From the IMG/VR virus record IMGVR_UViG_3300044908_000045, positions 32,001-96,000 of that record: DNA of 64,000 bases. One strand, given 5' to 3'. The number at the start of each line of letters is the position of its first letter. Positions within the stretch are counted from its first letter, which is position 1. The translations under genes and the position numbers were made by a program. Source of the stretch: a virus. Positions 10,502 to 19,792 of this stretch are shown piece by piece. Below the pieces are notes generated by a model. It did no database searches and had not been told where the DNA came from. It saw only the letters and a program-made list of their open reading frames with translations.

Positions 10502-10993
10502 GTGAGTTGGCGCTACACGGGAAGGGCGAGAACTGATGCAAATTACCCGGAAGCATATGGCATATGCGACCGTTGCGGGTGTCTTTTTAATCTCGTAGAC
10601 TTACACTACCAGTATGATTATCGCGGCCCGCAACTTGTAAATCTACGTTTACGTGTGTGCCAACGGTGTTATGACAAACCATTCGTCTTTTTTCGACCTT
10701 TGGTTTATCCGGCCGATCCCGTCCCAGTTGCGGACCCTAGACTCGAAGATTTCACCGCCGCCAACCAGGGCACCTACCCGTTGCCGCCGTTGCCGTGGCC
10801 GACGGTGCCGATTGGGCCGCAGCCGACGCTGACTCTCAGCAGCGATACGGGAATGGGGTTGACGGGGGACACTGGGACGCCGTTGACGCCGGACAATCCG
10901 TATGCGCTGCCGCCGTCTGACCCAGCGAATAGCGGGATTGGGGGCAATCCGCCGCCGCCATTGGATGTGGGGGCGCTGTTTTCTGAGCCGTGA
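10502..10993 (+). CDS. conserved phage late protein with CxxC...CxxC zinc motif
   Basis: AYGICDRCG...LRVCQRCYD...DPVPV, a pattern typical of podovirus structural modules. Confidence 0.6.
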   Translation: MSWRYTGRARTDANYPEAYGICDRCGCLFNLVDLHYQYDYRGPQLVNLRLRVCQRCYDKPFVFFRPLVYPADPVPVADPRLEDFTAANQGTYPLPPLPWPTVPIGPQPTLTLSSDTGMGLTGDTGTPLTPDNPYALPPSDPANSGIGGNPPPPLDVGALFSEP

Positions 10994-11103
10994 CAGTCAG
11001 TAGTCACTGCGGCGCGGGCATGGTATAAGGGCTACGCCCCTCGCCTTGGGCATTAGGAAGCTGGCATCTCGCGCGCTGCGGCGGTGTCGCGGACTAGCTG
11101 CTA

Positions 11104-13353
11104 ATGACCCGAGTAAAGCGCTGGTTTCTGATCGCCGCAGCGACCGTTGCGTCTGGTTTGTACGCTGGTGCGGCGTATGCGCAGAGCGAGACCTGGTCTA
11201 ATTTTGTTACCAACGCGCCAACCCTACAGTTGCCGTGTCTGAGTTCCGATTTTGTCCCAGTTGTTCGTGGCAACACGACATTTCACATCGCGGCAACCAA
11301 CGCCTGTAGTGGTGGGGGTGGGGGCAGCGGCACGGTCACCAGCATCGGCACGACGGCGCCGCTATCGGGCGGGACAATTACGACGGCGGGCACGCTCTCG
11401 CTGACTGGACCTTCGGATCTGACGACGTTTACGGCTAACGCGATCCCGATCGGCGCTGGCGCTTCGCCATTCGGCGCGATTGGCCCCACGGCAAGCAGTC
11501 TGGCTGGGTGGAACGCGAGCGGCGTGGGCTCGGTTATCGCGCTCGGCACGAACTTGTCGATGTCGGGATCGACGCTGAATGCGACAGGCGGCGGTTCCGT
11601 CAGCGTTACGGCGGGCGACACCAGCATCGTCGTGTCGCCGTCTCCGCTTACGGGAACCGGCACGATCGAAGTCGGCGGCCCCTCGCATCTGACGACGTTC
11701 ACGGCTGGCGCGTTGCCTCTCGGCAACGGTACGTCGCCATTCTCCGCGCTGGCTGCCGTCAACGGCGATTGTGTGATCGCTAGCGCGGGGGCGTGGACTG
11801 CCGGCAGTTGCACAGGTGCGGGTACGGCTTTCAGCGCTCTTGGCGGCGGGACTAACACCACTGCCGCGATGCTTGTGGGCTCTGGCGCATCGCTAGGTGC
11901 CACGGGATCAGGAACGCTCACGGCGACGGCGGCTCCGTTGAGCGGGATTACTGGGTTCGGGGCTGGCGTTGCCACGGCGCTCGGAATAGCGCCAGGAACT
12001 ACAGGATCATTTGCGACACAGGATGGCTCAATCACGACTGGGCACTGCTTAGAGTGGGGGCCTGGTGTTGAGGACGCCGGGTCCGCGTGCGGGGGCGGGG
12101 GATCGAGCGCCTTCAGTGCCCTCACCGGGAGCACAAACACGACAGCGGCGATGGTCGTCGGCTCCGGGGCCTCACTTACCTTCGCCGGCTCCGGCACCAT
12201 CAATGCGTCCGCAGCGCCACTGAGCGGTTTGACGGGCCTTGGCACTGGCGTCGCGACGGCCCTCGCGATAGCGCCTGGGACCACGGGCTCATTCCCGACG
12301 CAAGACGGGGCGATCACGACGGGGAATTGTCTGAAGTGGGGGCCGGGCGTCCAGGATAATGGCTCCGCTTGCGGGGGCACGCCGGTTTCCTTCACCGGCA
12401 CGACGACCGGCTCGGCGAACACCTATCTGCTGACGACCGTGCCCAGCAGCGGCTTCGTGCTGTCGAACCAGCCGGTGATCGAAGTCGCCTTCAACGCGGC
12501 GAACACTGGGGCGAGCACGATTAATGTGGATTCTGGCGGCGCGGTCGCGATCGACGTTCAGACGCCATTGGGCCTTTCGGCCTTGGTGGGCGGCGAGATT
12601 GCGGCCGGCAACACGATGCGGACGCTGCAATACAACTCGGCTGCCTCGGTCTGGGTGCTCAAGAACCAGCTCGGCTCGCCCGTCAGCAACCCCTGCACGT
12701 CGCAGCCCATCACCGCAGCGCAGTGGGCGGCCGGCTTTACCTGCACGATCACGGCGGCAAGCCAGACGCTCACCTTCCCGGCCGTGACGACCCTCTCTCC
12801 GCAGGGCGGCGTCTTCATCAATTCGGTCGGGCAGTATTTCACTGTGACCCCCGCCGCCGCCGACGGCATCAACGCTGGGTCGGTCAACACATCGGTCGTC
12901 TTTGGCCCCGGCTCCTACACGGTCACAAGCTCCGGCACATCGGGTGGAACGGCCAGCACGGGGCTTCAAGTCGCGGGCGGTGCGCGGGCGATCCCCGTCG
13001 CGATCTCGTGGCTGCCGGGGCAGAACCTCGCCGCCGCAGCGCTGCCGATCGCGAACCTCAAGAATACGAACGGCTGGATGATCTCTCAGATCACGTGCAC
13101 CCCCGAGGTTGTTGCGGGTGGAACGGCAACGATCGACCTCTGGGAAGCGCCTTCGGGGACCGCGCTCGGCTCGGGGACGAAGCTCACAACGACCCCGTGC
13201 AACGCCAACACCGGGGCCGGGACTGATCAGGCGCTGCTGTCGTCTCCCGTCGCGGTTCCGGCCGGCGATCGGATCGGCATCATCGCAACCGGCGCGGGCT
13301 TCACGAGTAGTCCGCTCGGGGCCGGGGTTCTGACGGCGACGTTGCAGCAATGA
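11104..13353 (+). CDS. tail-fibre-like protein with N-terminal signal peptide
   Basis: GTVTSI...LSGGTITTAGTLSL and GSANTY...NTGASTINV fibre motifs; ~94-aa internal duplication; Sec-like N-terminus ending AAYA/Q. Confidence 0.7.
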   Translation: MTRVKRWFLIAAATVASGLYAGAAYAQSETWSNFVTNAPTLQLPCLSSDFVPVVRGNTTFHIAATNACSGGGGGSGTVTSIGTTAPLSGGTITTAGTLSLTGPSDLTTFTANAIPIGAGASPFGAIGPTASSLAGWNASGVGSVIALGTNLSMSGSTLNATGGGSVSVTAGDTSIVVSPSPLTGTGTIEVGGPSHLTTFTAGALPLGNGTSPFSALAAVNGDCVIASAGAWTAGSCTGAGTAFSALGGGTNTTAAMLVGSGASLGATGSGTLTATAAPLSGITGFGAGVATALGIAPGTTGSFATQDGSITTGHCLEWGPGVEDAGSACGGGGSSAFSALTGSTNTTAAMVVGSGASLTFAGSGTINASAAPLSGLTGLGTGVATALAIAPGTTGSFPTQDGAITTGNCLKWGPGVQDNGSACGGTPVSFTGTTTGSANTYLLTTVPSSGFVLSNQPVIEVAFNAANTGASTINVDSGGAVAIDVQTPLGLSALVGGEIAAGNTMRTLQYNSAASVWVLKNQLGSPVSNPCTSQPITAAQWAAGFTCTITAASQTLTFPAVTTLSPQGGVFINSVGQYFTVTPAAADGINAGSVNTSVVFGPGSYTVTSSGTSGGTASTGLQVAGGARAIPVAISWLPGQNLAAAALPIANLKNTNGWMISQITCTPEVVAGGTATIDLWEAPSGTALGSGTKLTTTPCNANTGAGTDQALLSSPVAVPAGDRIGIIATGAGFTSSPLGAGVLTATLQQ
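11824..12377 (+). repeat. two diverged ~94-codon tandem repeat units inside the fibre gene
   Basis: AFSAL..TNTTAAM.VGSGASL...GVATAL.IAPGTTGSF.TQDG.ITTG.CL.WGPGV.D.GSACGG occurs twice. Confidence 0.85.
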
Positions 13354-14066
13354 TCCGCCGCCTCAGCCTGACCGCCGCAGCGCTGCTGTGGGCGCTCGTC
13401 GCGCATGCCAACCTCGCGATGGCGCCGACATCGAGTGGTGGCGGCAGCAACCCCGCCGTCGCCCAAGACACCAATGTTCCATTTCAATCGTTTGGCTGCA
13501 CGTCCGGTTGCAGTTTTACGATTCCAGCGACGGTGGCGGGATATGCTCTCGTAATCCCGCTCGGCAATCTACAGAACTCCTCTCTACAGACCTACACGAT
13601 CAATGACGGCGGTGATACTTGTGCCGTTGCCCAAAATAGTGGAAATGCCGGTGTAGCTCCCTCATACATTACGTGGATAGTTTGCCCAAATGTAGCATCG
13701 GGTCGCACATCGGTAACAATCACATCCAACAATACCCAGTCATTTGCCGGAGAGATTTATCAAGCAGAAAACGTGGCCACTTCCGGGACCATCTACGAAG
13801 GTGGAAATGGCGCTGGGAATGCCGGATCAAATGTAGTCGCCTTCTCTCTTTCCGCGACCACATCGTTTTCTAATGACCTCATCTTTCTGGCAGGCTGGGG
13901 CAACTCAGGATCGAGTTCGCTGACGGCGACCGGCGGCACTTGGACTACGGGTGTCAGTGGTCTCGCTCTGACGCAGCAGGGGACTGGCACAGGTACGTAT
14001 GGTGGAAATCTGACGGTTGTCGGCGGCACGCAATCCGCGTATGCGGAACTGGCGCTAAAGCCATGA
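13350..14066 (+). CDS. exported beta-rich fibre-associated protein
   Basis: MIRRLSLTAAALLWALVAHA signal peptide; S/T/G-rich; ATGA coupling at both ends. Confidence 0.6.
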   Translation: MIRRLSLTAAALLWALVAHANLAMAPTSSGGGSNPAVAQDTNVPFQSFGCTSGCSFTIPATVAGYALVIPLGNLQNSSLQTYTINDGGDTCAVAQNSGNAGVAPSYITWIVCPNVASGRTSVTITSNNTQSFAGEIYQAENVATSGTIYEGGNGAGNAGSNVVAFSLSATTSFSNDLIFLAGWGNSGSSSLTATGGTWTTGVSGLALTQQGTGTGTYGGNLTVVGGTQSAYAELALKP

Positions 14067-15166
14067 GGCGTCTTGCCTTCCTCGCGCTGCTCTTGGCGCT
14101 GTGCGCCTTCAGCCCACATAGGTTCGCGGGGTTTGTAGGGGGGGCGTCCCCCACCTATCAGGGGGTGTGCGATGTCATCGTCGGCGGGTGCGCCGTCGCC
14201 TACGATGTCGATCGGTCGCCGACCAGTGCTTACAGTGGCCCCCTGTTCCAGTTATGGAACGGCTCATCGACACTGAATGTCGGGCAGACCGCAAATCATA
14301 CCGTCGATCTTTCAACCTACGCGGCGTTCTGCGGCGGCAGCATGACCTCGACGACCCACTACGGCACTGCGGTCCTAGTGTCAACGACGTGCTATTACGC
14401 GGCATTTTACGACGCCATCCAAGGCTCGCCCAACACGCTGGTCCCGATCACGATCAATACTCAGTACGGCCCGAACTGCACTGGTGGCGGTCCCTACCTC
14501 TGCGCCGCGCCGTTCGAGATCGAGGTCGCCACCGGGTTGCCGATCGTCGATACCCGAGTGGCCAATACGAACGGTTTTTACGGCGATTACTACATCTCCG
14601 GGGATGCCAATTCGACCGGAGTGACCGGTGGTTCTTCCCCGTCGAGTGTGCTGATAAACGAACAGGATCAGCCGATCGCCGTCTGCTGCGGACACTTTGA
14701 ACTCGCACACCTGAACAGCCTCCCCGACAACCCCAACGACGGTTACGATCTGGGGCCGGGTGTCTGGTATGGAAACGGGCTCATCTCCGGCAACCAATGC
14801 GGATCGAGCACGACCTACTGCCTGCGGATGGAGGGCGGCGGCAATCCGACGCTGCCGCTAGGCGATTACGCTACCTCTCAGGGTAACAGGGTCACCATTG
14901 GTGCATGGGATACGGTTACTGGCGGCATGCCTATCCATAGCTATGTCAACGGAACCTTTCTTGCTGATTTCAGCGATCACGTTAACACCGATCTGGCGAT
15001 CCATCTCGGTGGCGGCGGCGATCTAAGCCAGCCAGCGCCATGCTTCTGCCGAGAGATGATTATCACCAACGGGACGATGAGCCAGGCTGATGCGACGGAT
15101 GCGCAGAACAACATCCAGGCTTTCTTTTCGACGCTGACCTTCCCTTCTCCGTGTGGATCATGTTGA
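14063..15166 (+). CDS. exported alpha-L-arabinofuranosidase B (GH54) catalytic-domain-like protein
   Basis: CDV...CAVAY...SAYSGPLFQL, FC...TTC...YD, vicinal CC, LGGGGDLS and AQNNI match the AbfB catalytic-domain pattern; signal peptide. Confidence 0.7.
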   Translation: MRRLAFLALLLALCAFSPHRFAGFVGGASPTYQGVCDVIVGGCAVAYDVDRSPTSAYSGPLFQLWNGSSTLNVGQTANHTVDLSTYAAFCGGSMTSTTHYGTAVLVSTTCYYAAFYDAIQGSPNTLVPITINTQYGPNCTGGGPYLCAAPFEIEVATGLPIVDTRVANTNGFYGDYYISGDANSTGVTGGSSPSSVLINEQDQPIAVCCGHFELAHLNSLPDNPNDGYDLGPGVWYGNGLISGNQCGSSTTYCLRMEGGGNPTLPLGDYATSQGNRVTIGAWDTVTGGMPIHSYVNGTFLADFSDHVNTDLAIHLGGGGDLSQPAPCFCREMIITNGTMSQADATDAQNNIQAFFSTLTFPSPCGSC

Positions 15167-15831
15167 AAATACTCGCATTCATAGCGATGATGCTGCCCGC
15201 AGCGGCGATGGCGCAGACCATTACTGCTCCGGCCGGAACCGTCACGACATCGGACGGGGCTTCGTGGAGCTGGGGCGGGACCGCACCGCAGGCCGGGCAG
15301 TACTACGTCCTGCGCAACGGCGTGTCCGCCGACGGTGGTGAGGCTGCGGTCATGGAAGTCTCCGGCGGCGCGCTGTACGCCGAGAACACCTCGGTCTCTC
15401 CGGGCGTGTGGTTCCTGTGGAACGGCTCCGGCTGGACCCAAGAGGCAAGCGCCCCTTCGCCATCGACCGGGGGCGGCACTACCACGACCGGCGGGTCCTC
15501 TGGCGGGAGCACCACGCCAACGTCGTCGAGCGGCAGTGGTCCTACGCTGTTGACGGGGAGCCAGACCCTCTCGACACTCGGCCCTTCGTATGAGGCTCAG
15601 ACTGGGACGGGCATCGTGCGAATCACGTTGCCCGCTTGCCCCCAAGCCAGCAGTTTTTGGGACGCTATCGGGGATGGTGATCTGCGGCTGACCCTCTCGT
15701 CGGGAAACTGGGCCAACCTGCCGGCGAGCAACCAGGAAGTATCCCTATCGGTCTACGGAAACGCGACGGCTACCACGTACTGCGGGTCTGATGGCAACTG
15801 GCGCATCTCCTTCGGCGGCGCGCCCCCTTGA
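15160..15831 (+). CDS. exported protein, two small beta domains joined by a S/T/G linker
   Basis: MLKILAFIAMMLPAAAMA/Q signal peptide. Confidence 0.6.
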   Translation: MLKILAFIAMMLPAAAMAQTITAPAGTVTTSDGASWSWGGTAPQAGQYYVLRNGVSADGGEAAVMEVSGGALYAENTSVSPGVWFLWNGSGWTQEASAPSPSTGGGTTTTGGSSGGSTTPTSSSGSGPTLLTGSQTLSTLGPSYEAQTGTGIVRITLPACPQASSFWDAIGDGDLRLTLSSGNWANLPASNQEVSLSVYGNATATTYCGSDGNWRISFGGAPP

Positions 15832-15966
15832 GCGTCCGGCTTACACCGCTGAATATATTGTGCCTAGCCGTATGGTTCTGGTGGCCGTGGTCGCTATTCG
15901 TCGATTGCGCGAATTACGCGCTGAAGATTCTGATCTCGATGTCATTGTGGCCGACGATATCGTAAC

Positions 15967-18900
15967 ATGAGCGAAGTCCGCAAAGCCGTTCTCCGGTTTA
16001 CCCGGCGCTCGATCGCGCAGGCGCTTCTCGCGGCGCTCGGGCTCGGGGTGCTGCCGCAGGCGGTTGAGGCGTTCCGGCCGCATCTTTTCGGCGGCGGCGC
16101 GGCTGGCTCTGGGCCGCCACCACAGACGATCTTCTCTATCACCCTCTTGCCCACCACGTATACGGCCGGCGTAGCGAACGGCGTCGTCGGCACCGTGACG
16201 GTGCTGATGAGCAACGGCAACTCGCCGGGGCCGAGCGGCACCCTGTCGATCACCGGGACAAACAGCGGCGGATTCCATCTGTCGGGTACGTCGTCGGGTG
16301 CGTCCCTGCTGCAAAATTCGGGTGGTACCACCGGAGTCGGGCCGTACAGCGATTTCAACATCGTCTACACCCAAGCGGGCATCTCTAACTCGCCGCAGCA
16401 GATCACGCCGACGGTCGCTCAGGGCGCGACGTTCCCGATGAACATCACGCTCGTCAATTCTGGCGGATCGACGCAATCGGCGGGCGCGGTGATGCAGCCT
16501 TTTGGGTTGCCGTTCCGCGACGGCGACATGACGCCGAGCCAGGTCCCGGTCTTCACCGTTAGCGGGGTATCGCAGCCGTTCTCCTACGGTCTCCGATCGT
16601 ACTACCCATCCGGCAATCTGCGCTTCGTCTCGATTATGCTGCTCCAGACGGGGTTCAGCCTCGGTGCGGGCGCGTCGATCGCCTGTACGGTGTCGGCGGC
16701 GACCGGATCGTGGCCGGCCGCGTCAGGCCGTAGCCTGACCGATGTCTACAACCAGCAGCTTGTCGTCAACGCGCCGCCGTTGGCTCTGACCGATCCTGGC
16801 GGCATGGCGAACGGAGCCCTTCCTGGCGGCGGGGTCCAAGTTTCGGCATGGTTGCGGAGCGACGCTAACAACTACAAGCAAGTCCAGTGGATGGACGGGG
16901 CGGCCGGTGCGGCATGGCGCGTCAGCACTAACATGGCCCACACTATCGGCGGCACGGCCGATACCTTCCTCAAGTTCGATCACTACATCTTTGCGCTCAA
17001 CAACTCGTCTGGTAGTTTGGCTGGGTTCCGGTGGATGGGCCGGATGCGGATGCCGAACTATGCCGTCACTACGAGCGGCAACAATAATTTCTTCTGCGCC
17101 CCCCCGAACTCAGGGTCGCCGACTTCGGGCTTGAACTGGCAGATCAACCCCGGTGGTGCTGGCGTCCAGACGTTCCTGCCGCCGTGGCCGTTTGCCGCCG
17201 TCACCGACATGACCGCCGAGGTTACGTTCACCGGCACGGCCACACTCTCGAACGGCTCCGGTGGTTCAGGCAATATCCTCGATGTAACCTCGGTCATCAG
17301 CGGCTCGATCAGCAATGGCACGCAACAGGGTGTCACCGGCGCTAACGTGGCTTTGGAAGAGGGCTCATTTTTTGAGCCTTATGGCACTTCCGGGACAACA
17401 GGGACGGGAGGCGTCGGCACCTATGCCATCGGCAACACGCCTGGCGGTCTGATCACGAGCCCGATTGACATTTTTACTCCTGGGACGCTGAACACAACGA
17501 CCGGGGCAACAGTCTGGTCGACCAGCCCCGGCAATAATTTCGTCCCGGTGCAATTTTCCGGGTCGGTCCCAGCTCCCTGGTCCGCTGGATACGTGTATTG
17601 GGGCTTGATAAATGCAAACGCCCCGCCCGCCAACTTCCAGGCCCTCAACACGACGTTTACCGCCCCCAACTCCGTACAAGTCCCGCAGGCCCCTGCGACA
17701 TTCACCGCGACTCCGGTCGTGGGGTTCTGCCCGTTCACGTCGATAATGTTCGCCAACTCGGAAGCAAAGTATAACTATTTCCAGGGATCGGGATCTCAAT
17801 CCGCCGATACGACGCTGCGGATGCAGATCAATCAAACATATTGGCAGTCGGCTAAGCTGATACCGCCTTACGATACCACGCTGTCTAGTGCAGAGATAAC
17901 TGATACTACCTACAATTACAGTTGGAATTGCTATAATGCTGGGCCTATATCGGCCGGGATAAGCGGCGGCGGAGACAGCGAATGGATCGGCGTGTTGACG
18001 AATTACGCCGTCGTCGATTTCTACAATCAGTCAGCAGCTAGCGATACTCAGAACCGTTACGTCGGCCTCGCCGCCGCGATGATGTGCTTCGACATCAAGA
18101 ACCCGACACTCGATACCGTCGTCAACGTCTCGAATACTTCCTATACAGGATTGCCGTCGCCAACTACGGCGCTTTGTTCGGGAGGCAACGGCGGGACGCC
18201 TACAGGATACACGCAGCCTGGACCGGGAACCGCCGGCGCCTTATTCTTTCAGGCGGCCGATGCATCGCATGTGCCGTTCTTCTCTTTTTGGCCATACATC
18301 CGCACCGGAGAACTACAATACTACGATTTGCTCGTCGAGCAAGGAATGGGGGCCGAGCTATTATATCTTGGCGCGGGTGCTCGCAATCCGAGTTCCGCGA
18401 ACGGCGACAGCCCGTACAGCGGCACGACCTATGGCGTTGTGACTTACGCCATTCAAGAGGCGCGGGGCACCGGCTGGGGGTTCCGCAATCTCGCTACTGC
18501 GGCGCTTATCGGGCCGTGGAACCCGACGGACCCAACGTACCTCTGGGACGGGACGCAGCAAGTTAAGTACCTCAACGATCTCGCTGACGTGAGTGCGTCG
18601 TTTACGATCGACCAGTGGAATTACAATCCTTCCGGTGTCTTCACGCCCTATGCTGCTGGTGCCTCCATGTGGACGCAATATCAGTACAATGCTAACAGCG
18701 GGAGCCCCGGCTTCAACGCGAGCCCGCTATGGGAGAATTGCTACATTGGGCTCGCGCACTGCTATAGCGCGCTGCGCGGGACATCGACTGCCACGAAAAG
18801 CCTCGCCTTCATTAACCTGATGATCGCTCGCCTGAACTACATTAACACAACCTATGGTGGCTTCTGGCCCTGCTACGCCTATGTCGATCAGAAAACGATT

Positions 18901-19530
18901 GCGGTTCCCGGTGGCGGCAATGTCGGGACGGTGCTAATAACCGAAGACGCTCAGTATGTAACAACACCCATCGCGGCCTGGGACCCGGTAAATTTGACGT
19001 TCGCGCCGAACTCGGGTGGCACCACGAACGCCTTCGTCATGAATAACATAACAAATAACGGCTACACGCCGGCTAATGGCGATGTGATCATGCCGTCCGA
19101 TTACAATGGATCCGGCCCACCGCTCTATCCGTCGGAGCTAAGTATTACTACGCCGTATTATATTGTGGAGATTGATTTCGCGCCGGGCGGTGGGAATTAC
19201 GCGAGTTTCAACTTATCAGCTACGAAGGGCGGTTCGGCGATCGCCATCGCGAGCACGAGCAGCGGCGGCAATCTGCAATTCAATTACATGCCCGGCCCGA
19301 CGAACCAGCCCCCGGCTGATATATCCTTTGCCCCAAACTTCATGTTCCAGGTCCGTGCGCTTGTGGCATGGGGCAACGCACTGGGCGCTTCTGGCGCCGC
19401 GCCACAGCTTGCCGACGCGGCTTTCCGTTTGAATAACAACAATCAGGGTTTCGGCCCTGGCCTTTACTTCGCCGGGGCCGGTGACAACCCGATTGATGCG
19501 CGGTATTGCCTAGCGAGCACTTACGCATGA
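15967..19530 (+). CDS. large Tat-signal protein, possible glycan-binding/depolymerase tail-spike-like
   Basis: FTRRSIAQALLAALGLGVLPQAVEA twin-arginine leader; PFGLPFRDGD, YPSGNLRF and EARGTGWGFR motifs recall lyase/toroid-type proteins. Confidence 0.55.
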   Translation: MSEVRKAVLRFTRRSIAQALLAALGLGVLPQAVEAFRPHLFGGGAAGSGPPPQTIFSITLLPTTYTAGVANGVVGTVTVLMSNGNSPGPSGTLSITGTNSGGFHLSGTSSGASLLQNSGGTTGVGPYSDFNIVYTQAGISNSPQQITPTVAQGATFPMNITLVNSGGSTQSAGAVMQPFGLPFRDGDMTPSQVPVFTVSGVSQPFSYGLRSYYPSGNLRFVSIMLLQTGFSLGAGASIACTVSAATGSWPAASGRSLTDVYNQQLVVNAPPLALTDPGGMANGALPGGGVQVSAWLRSDANNYKQVQWMDGAAGAAWRVSTNMAHTIGGTADTFLKFDHYIFALNNSSGSLAGFRWMGRMRMPNYAVTTSGNNNFFCAPPNSGSPTSGLNWQINPGGAGVQTFLPPWPFAAVTDMTAEVTFTGTATLSNGSGGSGNILDVTSVISGSISNGTQQGVTGANVALEEGSFFEPYGTSGTTGTGGVGTYAIGNTPGGLITSPIDIFTPGTLNTTTGATVWSTSPGNNFVPVQFSGSVPAPWSAGYVYWGLINANAPPANFQALNTTFTAPNSVQVPQAPATFTATPVVGFCPFTSIMFANSEAKYNYFQGSGSQSADTTLRMQINQTYWQSAKLIPPYDTTLSSAEITDTTYNYSWNCYNAGPISAGISGGGDSEWIGVLTNYAVVDFYNQSAASDTQNRYVGLAAAMMCFDIKNPTLDTVVNVSNTSYTGLPSPTTALCSGGNGGTPTGYTQPGPGTAGALFFQAADASHVPFFSFWPYIRTGELQYYDLLVEQGMGAELLYLGAGARNPSSANGDSPYSGTTYGVVTYAIQEARGTGWGFRNLATAALIGPWNPTDPTYLWDGTQQVKYLNDLADVSASFTIDQWNYNPSGVFTPYAAGASMWTQYQYNANSGSPGFNASPLWENCYIGLAHCYSALRGTSTATKSLAFINLMIARLNYINTTYGGFWPCYAYVDQKTIAVPGGGNVGTVLITEDAQYVTTPIAAWDPVNLTFAPNSGGTTNAFVMNNITNNGYTPANGDVIMPSDYNGSGPPLYPSELSITTPYYIVEIDFAPGGGNYASFNLSATKGGSAIAIASTSSGGNLQFNYMPGPTNQPPADISFAPNFMFQVRALVAWGNALGASGAAPQLADAAFRLNNNNQGFGPGLYFAGAGDNPIDARYCLASTYA

Positions 19531-19540
19531 GGATCGTGTA

Positions 19541-19765
19541 ATGGTCATCCGCGAGCACGTCTTCAACAACACGCCGGCGAGCGACCGATGCACGGTGCCC
19601 GGCTGCGGGGTGCCGTATGTCGAGCGGGAGCAGCGGGCTTGCATGCCGAGGGAGGTGCAGCGCGCCGTATCGCTGTCGTATCACTGCATCGACAGCACCG
19701 AGGTCGGAGACCGGCGCCGTGAGATATTCGGCGCCCCGGCGCATTACGATAAAGAAGGGAAGTGA
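19541..19765 (+). CDS. hypothetical protein
   Basis: ORF with GAGGA RBS in operon. Confidence 0.5.
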   Translation: MVIREHVFNNTPASDRCTVPGCGVPYVEREQRACMPREVQRAVSLSYHCIDSTEVGDRRREIFGAPAHYDKEGK

Positions 19766-19792
19766 TTGGGCTCTATATCGTTGTCAGATAAG

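Noticed and set aside
11283-13350. Long minus-strand ORFs (379 and 353 aa) opposite the fibre gene
   Set aside because: Typical antisense shadows of GC-rich, repetitive coding sequence; no motifs or RBS
15872-15970. 32-aa ORF coupled to the Tat protein start
   Set aside because: ATGA overlap is suggestive, but no RBS or recognisable motif; too weak to call
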